DNA of 64,000 nucleotides from Zeaxanthinibacter sp. Its GTDB lineage: Bacteria; Bacteroidota; Bacteroidia; Flavobacteriales; Flavobacteriaceae. A program made the translations under genes and the position numbers. Position 1 is the stretch's first letter; each line of letters starts with the position of its first letter. The notes under the pieces are model-generated. The model made no database searches and had not been told where the DNA came from. It saw nothing but the letters and a program-made list of their open reading frames with translations. This document shows, in pieces, positions 9,798 through 18,776 of the stretch. Where the stretch lies: positions 2,107 to 66,106 of the forward strand of contig JBGTMS010000041.1 of NCBI GenBank assembly GCA_041743425.1. Direction: 5' to 3'.

Positions 9798-10394
9798 TTA
9801 GCCCAGGGTCTTAGATTCTACTTTTTGTTTCAGGGCTTGCAGGTGATCCTGTTTGTTAGGTTGCAAGTGCTTACAAGCATACTTTGTATGAAATTGATGG
9901 GCTTCAAGAAATTTCACCTGAACCATATCCCATTCCGTTTTATTTCTTATAATCCCCAGGGACTTTAACTCCTTGTATAGGGTGTCACTGATGGCATCAA
10001 AATTATTCTTCCCCAGGTAGTCAAGATCGGCATCACACAGGATACGCTCATATTTTGTTTTAGGTCGCTGTGGGATTTTAGTGGCCAGAATCAATCCTTT
10101 GATCACTCTGAAATCCCTTTTTTCAAATTCGAATTCTTCCATAAGCTGACGCGCAATATCTACTCCATGATCTTCATGATTTTTATTAGAGACTGTAAAT
10201 CCAATGTCATGCAACAGCGCACCAAGTCGCAGTAATTTTGCCTCCCGGCCGGTGATTTTCTCCCTGCGAAGATAGTCATCACAAACCCTCATCACCTCCA
10301 GGGTGTGATGAATACCGTGATAGTATAAATTATCTGGGAGTTGGGTCCTCAACATGTGCAAGGCTTTCTCCCGAAGCTTGATATATCCTGTCAT
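9798..10394 (-). CDS. HD-domain metal-dependent phosphohydrolase
   Basis: 198 aa with H...HD...D signature residues (YYHGIHHTLEV, GALLHDIGF, CDADLDYLG). No further domain is recognisable. Confidence 0.8.
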   Translation of the reverse strand: MTGYIKLREKALHMLRTQLPDNLYYHGIHHTLEVMRVCDDYLRREKITGREAKLLRLGALLHDIGFTVSNKNHEDHGVDIARQLMEEFEFEKRDFRVIKGLILATKIPQRPKTKYERILCDADLDYLGKNNFDAISDTLYKELKSLGIIRNKTEWDMVQVKFLEAHQFHTKYACKHLQPNKQDHLQALKQKVESKTLG

Positions 10395-10603
10395 CCGTTA
10401 GCCCAAATAATGCGATCTGATTCCAACCTTTTCCAATTGTATGTGCCCTTGCATTGCCATATTTGCGATAAAGGCAGTCCGCTCTGCCCTTCCCCAAAGC
10501 AGTAAACGAAATCCAGACACACCAGGGTACTATTTGAAATATACAAAATCTAAACTTTGCTTTTTATGAATTATTTTCCTACAACCCAAACTTTTTGTAA
10601 ACG

Positions 10604-12595
10604 TTACGATTTTATATTAGCGATATCCATCGAGGATTGCGTATAGGTATCAGCAATCCCATTAACAAAGTACATATTCATCATACCCTTGTTCTTTACA
10701 AAAATTTCGCCTCGCTTTTCACAATCAAAATAATCCCTGATCAGTTTGTAGGTGGATTCCGAAACATTAATGCTTCCGGGCCTGGACATAGATTCCATCC
10801 TGGCGGCAACATTGACCGTGTCCCCCCAAATATCATAGGCAAATTTCTTTACCCCTACCACCCCGGCAACCACAGGGCCTGTATTGATTCCTACACGTAT
10901 TTCAAAGTGCATTATATCTTCATTGACCACGGCCTGCTTCTTCATGAATTCTGCCATGTCAAAAGCCGCTTTGACCATCCGGATGGCATGATCTGCCGAA
11001 GGATATGGCAGTCCCCCCGCGCACATATAGGCATCCCCTATGGTTTTAATTTTTTCCAGGTCGTATTTATCTAGAATCGCATCAAACGCTGAAAAATAAT
11101 AATCGACGCTTTTAACAAGATCTTCAGGCGACAGGGCCGCAGAGAGTTCCGTAAAACCTTTGAAATCAGCAAAAAGCACCGTAACCGACTCAAATCTTTT
11201 TGCCTCTACCCGGCCATTTTGCCTCAATTCCTGTGCTGTGGCCTCCGGAAGGATATTTCGCAACAGGCTGTCCGAACGATTCTTTTCGGCACTCAGTAAT
11301 TCATTGCTCCGCTTGGCATAGCGGTAGCGGTAGAAAAATCCGATGGCCAGTAATAAAATAACCATGGATACAAGCCCGGAAAGATAAATGGCACTCTGCT
11401 GTCTTTTTCCCTGTAAACGGGTAATTTCCGCTTCCTTTTCCAAAAGCCCGATCTGATCCTCCTTTTTCTCCAGGTCAAAAGAAAACTGAAGTCCTCTGAT
11501 CTTGTCTTCTTTTTGAATATTGAATATTTTATTATTAAGTTCAATATACCGACTCTGGTATTCATAGGCATTCTTAAAGTTGGCCTGGGCCATATAGACC
11601 TTTGACATACCCTCATAAATATCGCGCAATTCTTCATTGGTTTCCATCCTGATGGCCAGAGATTCTGCCTGCTGGTAGGCATTCAGAGCCATCTTCGCAT
11701 CATTGTCGCGGTAGACATCGCCCATGGCGAGAAGGGTCTGTACCTGATCCAGTGAAATGTCTGAATTCCTGGCCGTCGCGTAGGCACTGTCAAGGTATTC
11801 AATGGCCTCAAGCCTGTTTCCTGATTTAAATTCTTCCTTCCCGATCATCGTCAGGTTATGGGCATAGTCCTGTGTATTCTTATTAATGGCAAGTGCTTCT
11901 TTATAATGTTTTATGGCGTTGCCCGAATCTCCTTTCTGACTGTATACTTCGCCAATTCCCATAAGATAAGTCGATTGTATAAGTGGATCGTTAAGATTCT
12001 GCAGGTAATCCTCTACCTGGGTATAATAATTTAAAGCCTTGTCAAAATCCTGCATTTGCGTATAGACGCCCCCTATATTTACAAGGGCTGACGTTATCCG
12101 CACAGGGTCTCTGAGTTTTTCAGAAATCCGGAGCGACTTAAAATAATACCCCAGCGCTTTATCGTGGCTTCCCTGGGCGTAAAATACAGCCCCGAGGTTG
12201 TTGGCTATATTGGCGATGCCCAGCGTATCGCTGATTGTCTCAAATATCTGAAGAGATTCGGTCCAGTCATTCAGCACCGCTTTATAATTACCGCGGTAAT
12301 ATTCAGCCATTCCTCTGTTCTTCAGTGCGTACGCCTGCCCCCGGGGATATTTGATTTCCGAGGAAACAGCATGTGCCTGATCAGCATAGGCAACAGATTC
12401 CGTCAACCGCTCATTTTGAAGAAGCCGTACACTGAGAGCGTTCATGGCAACCACGAGAACTGTATCCTTCTTCCCCCGGGATATAATTTGCTCCAGGCTA
12501 TCAATTTCCTTATCCTGACAAAATCCGGTTCCCCACACCAGCAGCAGCACCATATAATGCAGTTTGATGGATATGGATGGTTTCCGTAATATCAT
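10604..12595 (-). CDS. Class III adenylate/guanylate cyclase with an N-terminal extracytoplasmic TPR domain and a single TM helix
   Basis: N-terminal hydrophobic signal-like segment, multiple TPR units, a coiled segment and a TM helix (AIYLSGLVSMVILLLAIGFFY). The cyclase catalytic core follows (VTVLFADFKGFT, GDAYMCAGGLP, RVGINTGPVVAGVVG, DIWGDTVNVAARMES). Confidence 0.9.
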   Translation of the reverse strand: MILRKPSISIKLHYMVLLLVWGTGFCQDKEIDSLEQIISRGKKDTVLVVAMNALSVRLLQNERLTESVAYADQAHAVSSEIKYPRGQAYALKNRGMAEYYRGNYKAVLNDWTESLQIFETISDTLGIANIANNLGAVFYAQGSHDKALGYYFKSLRISEKLRDPVRITSALVNIGGVYTQMQDFDKALNYYTQVEDYLQNLNDPLIQSTYLMGIGEVYSQKGDSGNAIKHYKEALAINKNTQDYAHNLTMIGKEEFKSGNRLEAIEYLDSAYATARNSDISLDQVQTLLAMGDVYRDNDAKMALNAYQQAESLAIRMETNEELRDIYEGMSKVYMAQANFKNAYEYQSRYIELNNKIFNIQKEDKIRGLQFSFDLEKKEDQIGLLEKEAEITRLQGKRQQSAIYLSGLVSMVILLLAIGFFYRYRYAKRSNELLSAEKNRSDSLLRNILPEATAQELRQNGRVEAKRFESVTVLFADFKGFTELSAALSPEDLVKSVDYYFSAFDAILDKYDLEKIKTIGDAYMCAGGLPYPSADHAIRMVKAAFDMAEFMKKQAVVNEDIMHFEIRVGINTGPVVAGVVGVKKFAYDIWGDTVNVAARMESMSRPGSINVSESTYKLIRDYFDCEKRGEIFVKNKGMMNMYFVNGIADTYTQSSMDIANIKS

Positions 12596-12604
12596 TTTAG
12601 ATTT

Positions 12605-15600
12605 CTAATTATCCCGTAATACCGTATACACTGTGACAGCCGTACCGGAAGAAATCCGGACGAAGTAGATTCCCTCCGCATAGGAGGACATGGCTACCTG
12701 GACGGGCCGCACTGTATCAGAACGGTATTGTTTGGTATAAATCAATATTCCATAAATATCGAATATATCAATTTTAAATGATGCCTGAACCTCCGGATGG
12801 ATATTTAATAGATCTGTAACAGGGTTCGGAAAAACGACCCCCGACTCAGATTCGGAACCTACAACATGTTCATCTCCCTGTAGCGTTGTGACGGGATCTA
12901 TAAAATTGTCGAGGCAGGAAAATTGTATCCCCGATTGTCTCGCCTGGGTTTGCGCATTTTGGGACCCGGTGGCGGTAATGCCAAATCTGAAATTGATCAC
13001 GGAAGTATTGACAAATCCTGTTGATATATTTACGCGTGTGTTGGCATTTGAAATGCCGTCGTATTCGGTATTACCACCAAGGAAGATCAGTCGCCCGATA
13101 TCAGTTGAAACTGAAATTTCCTTTAACTCTTCTGCGGTATATCTTTCAGGAAGGTCTACTCTGTTTTGTTCCCGGTAGTTATTATTACCATCAATATCGA
13201 TAAATGACGCGACTAGTTCTGTGGCTTGGGCAGGTATATTGGTACCTGTCTCTACAAGGGTCATTTTAAAATCGACCCCTGGATTCCGAACAGCCCTGGT
13301 GGTGGTATAGCGGATCTCAGGTTTAAAATAAGGAGCATCGGATTTATTTTGATCCAGTTTGGTAATCACAGAATTAACAAGGTTTACAATGGTTATAAGT
13401 GCATCCTTATCAGGGGTTACTTGTGGAAAACGATATACTGCACCCTTTTTCAGGGAAGTACCTGACTGTAGCAGTGGCGTCCGGCTGAAATCGAGCGTAA
13501 GAATTCTTTCACAGTCAAATGGAACACTGTTTACTACTAATTTTCCGTACTGAGGATTAACAATGAGGTAGTTTAATGGCGCTTCTATTTTAATGAGGAA
13601 TTCACCTGTATCACCCTCTTTATAAACATTCCCTTCCTCATCTTCAAATTTAAATACCACCCCTTCCGGAAAAACTTTTTCAAAAGTATCGTCATAAACA
13701 AATCCGCTGATATCGATCTCAATTAGCGAGGGATCAATTGGATCTCCACGGCGGATGGCCAGATCGCCTGTACGCACATCCAGGTCTGCCGGGCTTATGT
13801 TGAGTTGCCCTGATCCATAGGTAATATTAAAATTGGAGGCCAGAGGCGACAGGAACGCCCCTGGAAAGCTTTGCCAGCCATTTTGCGGGCCACTGCCCAC
13901 CTCAAGGCCGGTAATTAGATTCATGGCATAGAGTTTACTGATCATGTTTTGCTCAGTATCGGTAGAGGCATCCTCCGCGTCGACAACCGCAAAAATAGAA
14001 CTGTAATCATTTCCGTCATTCTGGTCCCCGAGGCCCGTGTCGTTAATAACAGGCCGCAGCTTATTTTCAATCACGAGATCGATATTATTACGGAGCAGCT
14101 CACCTCCATTCACAACGGCCCGCAACTTGTTGATAACCGCTCTTAATTTGTTAGTGGCAGGATCCGTTACTATATTCAGATAATCTTCAAAATTCTGTGT
14201 TTCAAGATCAATGACATTCAGCCCGTTCACAATAGGTCTCAGTTTATTCTGAATGAGCCGTTCGCTGCTCATCCAGCTTCCGTTATCCAGGAGGTCGAGC
14301 AGCTGTTGCTCATTAACTACAGCCCGTAACTTATTGATAACAAGCAATGTATTTTCCGGGAAAAAATCGGTTTGATGGAAGCTTTTGATGGTTTCCAGAA
14401 AATCTGCATTGTCCGCAATCCCTTCGTTATCGTAAATATATTGCAAGGGAATGGTAATGGCCTCTCCATATTGAAAAGTTACATCAAGGGGAAGAATTAG
14501 CAGGTCCTTTTTCGTAATTGTCAGTTGTGCTGTTTCAAAATTAATCTGAAAAGCCTCCATTTGTTCTTCAGTGAGTTCCGCATTACCGAAGCCAGGTGTA
14601 ATCACATAGTTGTTGGCGTCAGGATAAGGAAAAACTGCGGGTGTCTGGAAGACAATTTCGGGCAATCCCAGGGATTCATAAGTAACTCCTTCGGGAAGCC
14701 CTTCCACCGAATACGTAAATGTTACTTCCTGTCCAAATTCCGCCGTCTGATCATCAGCAATGATGTTCAGGACACGGGTGTCTCCGTCAAAGAAAAACAG
14801 CGCATTGGATAACCCACCATCGGACCCGCCCGGAGTAATGGGCGGTGAACTGACATACAATGCGGGTTTGCCTGTAAAAGTCCCCACCAGAGCCTTAATT
14901 TGGGTATCTGAGTTTGAAACGATCACCAGTTCCTCATCCTCCAGCAGTACGGTCGGATCTTCCGGGAGAAATTCCCCAAGGATTGTCACCTCAAAGGGTT
15001 CGGCACCCGGAGATTTACCATCTTCTATCAAGAGACCTGTCAGGTGGGCAGTTTGCGAAGCGATCCTGTTAAATGCGGCCGCAGCGTTGATCAGCCCGGC
15101 GCCGCCGCGAACCACCGGACCGGCCGGGATGGCGGTTGATTGGAATAGCCTGAGAACCTCATCAGAAGCGTTATTGGTGGTCGTTGCACCGGGAACAATA
15201 TCAGATAGTCCGGCAGGATACCAGGATGGCAGGGCTGAGAAAAGCAGCGCAAAAGCTCCGGCCGCATGGGGCGCGGAGGCCGAAGTTCCAAAAAAGTTTG
15301 GAAAACCGTCGGAATCAATGTCCTGACCGATTGACGCTACATTTGTATTCACCCCATCCGGAGCAGAAAGATCAATCGTTGTTACAGCATTATTCGATAG
15401 AAGACCTGCATAAGATGAAAAATTTTCCACCACTGGTGATTGTGAAGTCCTGTGATCCACTGCGGCAACTGTAATTGCTGCTGGAGTCATGGCATGGCCA
15501 CTGAGCGTCGGTGCACCTCCCTGATACTCCAGGAACTGAAGGCCATCGGAACGGAAGGCAATATATCTAAAGGCGAGCCCGGGCGGAGGATTTCCGTTGG

Positions 15601-17362
15601 CGCTTGTGATCATAATATTTGCTTCCCCGGTACCATTCGCCTGAAAAACCAATACTTCCGCAGGATCCCCGGCCTCGTTATCCCTGTTATTTCCGACAAT
15701 TAAATTGCCGGACTCATCTACCAGATAGATATCGAGGTCGGTGTTGGCCCCCTGGCTGTTTTCCTGGGAAGCCACGCCTTCTTCCCACTGCAATACGATC
15801 ATATAAGTGCCGGGAACAACACGTATCTGTTGCAGGTAATCCTGATTCTGGGCATTAAATACATGGGCTTTGGCGGGGCTGCCGGGGTCCAGGAAATTCG
15901 TAATCGGAGTAGAAGCCGTAGGAAGAAAACGGTTTTGGTATCCATTATTGGCAAAATTTCCGGCAGAGGTAAGATAACTCCTGCCCGGCTTGCTGGTAAA
16001 TGCATTAATGGCTTCGGCGATTTGACCTGTTCCGAAAAAAGGTTCAAGTGGGTAGGTAATATCATCAGTTATAATGGTGTATCCGGCGGCATCAAGATTG
16101 CCGATGGCCATAGCCATATCTCTGGGAGACAGAATACCTGTGGAAAAGGCCAAAGACGCCCCCGGAGCAATATCATGGATGATTTGCAGCATTGCGCGGC
16201 CTTCATCGGAAGCCACTCCCAGAGGGTAGTCTTTGAGGACCCTGACAGGAGTCATGAAACCCTCAGGATTCAAAACGCCGGGTAAATCCCCGTTTTCAAC
16301 ATCAATAGTTGCCCTTGTTTTGCCTGTAAAAGGTTGTTTGTCGAAGCTGTCCGAGATGACGCCTACACTGATCCCTGTTCCATTAACTTCAGTAATTTCG
16401 CCATCCACTTCCGTACGGAAAGAGGCACGAACCACATCAGTAACCTGTGCCGCATCTCCCTCAGTTGTAACTATGCCACCATTGCGGATGGGCGGAAATA
16501 AGGGTCTTACAAAATTAATTATATCCGCATGGGCGTTTAATTCGTCCAGGCGCGCAATCGGAATGAACACATCTACCGCCGCAAACTCCTCTGCCATGAG
16601 CACCGCAGGATCTATGACGAAGTCTGAGTTGGCAGCATTCGGACTATATTGCAGACCAAAGGTGGCAGTGAGCAGCTGGATCACTTGTTGCAGGTTGCCT
16701 TCGGAGGGAATGATTTCCACGAGTACCTTGTCATTGCCTTTAAGCTGATAAACCAGTTCCGACGGTTCTCCGCCTGCATTGCCTTCTGCCAAAGCTGTCA
16801 ACTCCAGTCCCAATGGGGTTTCAGACTTGCCGTTGCCCTGCCCGTAAACCGGGAAAATAATGCCCGGATCCGGGATCTCGCAGCGATTTGATTTTACGGT
16901 ACCCGTTGTTTTGGAGGCCTTCCAATTCTTATTGACAACCGTCCATTTGGCAAACCCATTTTTATAGATGACAAAGGAGAAGGCGTTTTCAACGATGCCG
17001 GGCTGAAAGACATTGAGGACTTTAATCCGCTCCACACTCTCCAAGCGTCTGGGACTGGGACTGGCTATTTTAAGAAGTACGAAACTTGCCTCCTTATGCA
17101 GGCTGACAACATGCGGATTGGGATTCGTATAGCTAAATGAAATCCGGAAACTTCCATCGCCGAGGTCTTCCTTGCAACTAGAAATTATAATGGCCTTATC
17201 CTTTATAATATCAGGTTTGTAATGACCTTTGCTCCACTGCGCATTCGCTGTGTTCGAAAAGTGTAAAAATAAAACAATTAGAATGAGGGCTAAGGGGTGT
17301 ATGGCTTTGCCCGTCAACCGGGCATTTAGGGCAGCCGTACCCAGGTGGTGAATCTGTAACAT
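12605..17362 (-). CDS. Giant secreted multidomain protein: subtilisin-like S8 peptidase domain, Ig-like/MBG-like modules and a T9SS C-terminal sorting domain
   Basis: Signal peptide (LALILIVLFLHFSNTANA). S8 catalytic triad contexts are VGVISDSFD, DEGRAMLQIIHDIAPG and GTSASAPHAAGAFALL. MBG-like segments are LTITKKDLLILPLDVTFQYGEAI and LNISPADLDVRTGDLAI. The C-terminal about 80 aa (VVFPNPVTDLLNI...GIYFVRISS...VYTVLRDN) match type A T9SS sorting domains. Confidence 0.85.
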   Translation of the reverse strand: MLQIHHLGTAALNARLTGKAIHPLALILIVLFLHFSNTANAQWSKGHYKPDIIKDKAIIISSCKEDLGDGSFRISFSYTNPNPHVVSLHKEASFVLLKIASPSPRRLESVERIKVLNVFQPGIVENAFSFVIYKNGFAKWTVVNKNWKASKTTGTVKSNRCEIPDPGIIFPVYGQGNGKSETPLGLELTALAEGNAGGEPSELVYQLKGNDKVLVEIIPSEGNLQQVIQLLTATFGLQYSPNAANSDFVIDPAVLMAEEFAAVDVFIPIARLDELNAHADIINFVRPLFPPIRNGGIVTTEGDAAQVTDVVRASFRTEVDGEITEVNGTGISVGVISDSFDKQPFTGKTRATIDVENGDLPGVLNPEGFMTPVRVLKDYPLGVASDEGRAMLQIIHDIAPGASLAFSTGILSPRDMAMAIGNLDAAGYTIITDDITYPLEPFFGTGQIAEAINAFTSKPGRSYLTSAGNFANNGYQNRFLPTASTPITNFLDPGSPAKAHVFNAQNQDYLQQIRVVPGTYMIVLQWEEGVASQENSQGANTDLDIYLVDESGNLIVGNNRDNEAGDPAEVLVFQANGTGEANIMITSANGNPPPGLAFRYIAFRSDGLQFLEYQGGAPTLSGHAMTPAAITVAAVDHRTSQSPVVENFSSYAGLLSNNAVTTIDLSAPDGVNTNVASIGQDIDSDGFPNFFGTSASAPHAAGAFALLFSALPSWYPAGLSDIVPGATTTNNASDEVLRLFQSTAIPAGPVVRGGAGLINAAAAFNRIASQTAHLTGLLIEDGKSPGAEPFEVTILGEFLPEDPTVLLEDEELVIVSNSDTQIKALVGTFTGKPALYVSSPPITPGGSDGGLSNALFFFDGDTRVLNIIADDQTAEFGQEVTFTYSVEGLPEGVTYESLGLPEIVFQTPAVFPYPDANNYVITPGFGNAELTEEQMEAFQINFETAQLTITKKDLLILPLDVTFQYGEAITIPLQYIYDNEGIADNADFLETIKSFHQTDFFPENTLLVINKLRAVVNEQQLLDLLDNGSWMSSERLIQNKLRPIVNGLNVIDLETQNFEDYLNIVTDPATNKLRAVINKLRAVVNGGELLRNNIDLVIENKLRPVINDTGLGDQNDGNDYSSIFAVVDAEDASTDTEQNMISKLYAMNLITGLEVGSGPQNGWQSFPGAFLSPLASNFNITYGSGQLNISPADLDVRTGDLAIRRGDPIDPSLIEIDISGFVYDDTFEKVFPEGVVFKFEDEEGNVYKEGDTGEFLIKIEAPLNYLIVNPQYGKLVVNSVPFDCERILTLDFSRTPLLQSGTSLKKGAVYRFPQVTPDKDALITIVNLVNSVITKLDQNKSDAPYFKPEIRYTTTRAVRNPGVDFKMTLVETGTNIPAQATELVASFIDIDGNNNYREQNRVDLPERYTAEELKEISVSTDIGRLIFLGGNTEYDGISNANTRVNISTGFVNTSVINFRFGITATGSQNAQTQARQSGIQFSCLDNFIDPVTTLQGDEHVVGSESESGVVFPNPVTDLLNIHPEVQASFKIDIFDIYGILIYTKQYRSDTVRPVQVAMSSYAEGIYFVRISSGTAVTVYTVLRDN
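14042..14335 (-). repeat. Five copies of the peptide motif NKLR[AP][VI][VI]N inside the giant S8/T9SS gene
   Basis: Copies lie at 14312-14335, 14225-14248, 14132-14152, 14108-14131 and 14042-14065. Two are directly tandem (NKLRAVINKLRAVVN). The copies use different synonymous codons, for example aataagttacgggct, aataaactgagacct and aacaagttgcgggcc. Confidence 0.8.
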
Positions 17363-17586
17363 TATTGGTGGTCTGAAAGTTGCTTGCTTAAAGTTGGACT
17401 CCTGTCCGGGGTATTATCCACGTCCGGGAATGCCTGATTCCGAAAACTCTTAGTGATTTGTCCGGCTGAATTTTGATCAGCCTGGGAAAACACGATCAAT
17501 AAAAGACTACTGCCATTTCTATTTCTTAAGAAATATAAAGTGCTTTTCCGGCGCTTCATGTAGGTAGCCATAAGTGGTCCTACCAT
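17362..17586 (-). CDS. Hypothetical 74-aa ORF whose stop overlaps the start of the giant S8 gene (TAATG)
   Basis: ORF from the track. An internal segment, MKRRKSTLYFLRNRNGSSLLLIVFSQA, looks signal-peptide-like. The stop TAA (17364-17362) shares one base with the ATG (17362-17360) of the next gene. A TAGATTTA near -7 box lies about 30 nt upstream. I recognise no homology. Confidence 0.25.
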   Translation of the reverse strand: MVGPLMATYMKRRKSTLYFLRNRNGSSLLLIVFSQADQNSAGQITKSFRNQAFPDVDNTPDRSPTLSKQLSDHQ

Positions 17587-18035
17587 TTCCCGAAATAGAA
17601 ATTTCGGTGCATAAATCTATTAAAAAAAAGCACATCAGCAATCTGCTTCCGAAAATAACTCTTTCCTTGCCTCAGGTGGCAATAGTTCGACAAAAGGTTC
17701 TGTAATCTTTTGAAATGCAGCTATATCTTAACAGGCTTCTCTACACAATACCCGCACTCACTATATGTACTGAGCGCGCACATGTATCCATTGCGTAAAT
17801 AATGATGGGGCTGATTCATATCCAGACATTTGATTTATAAAAATATACGTAAGTTGACTGCATCAAAAGAAGGAGACTTTTCCAATTGCAATAAGGGAAG
17901 TTCCTTGACGCAATCAGAATTCATTTCTTACAATCAATGGTCGGGTAAGGGTTGAAGAAGCTAATACACCCTGAAAAATTCTCCGAAGCCATGCTCCATA
18001 CCAATTGACAGCCGGAGGCAACGTCTGATATCAGG

Positions 18036-18070
18036 TCAAAAAAAAGCGAAAGCAGCTATGCTTCCGCTTT
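18036..18070 (-). terminator. Rho-independent terminator downstream of the beta-barrel OMP gene
   Basis: On the minus strand: AGCGGAAGC-atagc-TGCTTTCGCT stem-loop (about 9-10 bp including G-U pairs) followed by a T8 run. It starts about 20 nt after the stop at 18090. Confidence 0.6.
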
Positions 18071-18089
18071 ATATATATGTCCGTAGAAG

Positions 18090-18584
18090 CTATAAGGCTA
18101 TCAGGACGCCTGCTCCTATTGTAGACCAGGTTCCGCCATCCAGGCTGATCCCTGTATAGGACAGATTCACTTCTATACTTTCAGTGACCAGGTAACCTAC
18201 AACAGGCCGGTAATAAAACCCGCCGTCATTGCCTTCACTTACTCCAATGGCATAGCCAAGATCCAGGCCCGCACGAAACTGATCCGAGGCAATATAACGG
18301 CCGGAGGCGGCAATTGGAAGAAATTGTACATCACTGACTTCAATGCTTCCGACACCAGTGTCAATATTCTTTCCAAAAGCATTGGTCAATCCTGCTGCAA
18401 AACCCGCAGTGACTTCTTCTGTAACAGCCCAATGATACAGGGCGTCAACCCCTATGCTAAATCCGGAAACCTCCCCAGCATCTCCTACGGGGATGGCCAG
18501 GTTGATACCTGCTCTAAATCCCTCCTGCGCCGTCATACTCATGGCACATAAGGTAAGGACCGCAATCATAACTAATTTCTTCAT
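18090..18584 (-). CDS. Small outer-membrane beta-barrel (porin-family) protein
   Basis: 164 aa with a signal peptide (MKKLVMIAVLTLCAMSMTAQ). It shows an alternating amphipathic, Gly/aromatic-rich beta-strand pattern throughout. Confidence 0.65.
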   Translation of the reverse strand: MKKLVMIAVLTLCAMSMTAQEGFRAGINLAIPVGDAGEVSGFSIGVDALYHWAVTEEVTAGFAAGLTNAFGKNIDTGVGSIEVSDVQFLPIAASGRYIASDQFRAGLDLGYAIGVSEGNDGGFYYRPVVGYLVTESIEVNLSYTGISLDGGTWSTIGAGVLIAL

Positions 18585-18658
18585 ACTAATGGTTTTTGAT
18601 TATTAAATGTCGAGTACAAGTACCGTACCGCAATAGCAGCCGGTATGATTATATGATT

Positions 18659-18666
18659 CAAATATA
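18659..18666 (-). promoter_or_regulatory. -7 promoter box (TATATTTG on the minus strand) upstream of the OMP gene
   Basis: Exact TAnnTTTG match about 75 nt upstream of the ATG at 18584, within the divergent OMP/xerD intergenic region. Confidence 0.3.
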
Positions 18667-18776
18667 TAAAAGTTGACTTTACTTCGGGTGAACTCAGCTA
18701 CACATTCCCTAAAAATTCCGGATATACTTCTGTCCTTTGACATTAGTTTACCAGAGGATCTTTTTATATTTATCAG

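Noticed and set aside
17807-17817. GGGGCTGATTC, which resembles the first 11 nt of bacterial tmRNA (ssrA), in the long intergenic region.
   Set aside because: The downstream sequence lacks the expected continuation (the TTCGAC acceptor/T-arm pairing and the tag reading frame). No matching 3' ...CCACCA acceptor end is present nearby. I treat it as a chance match.
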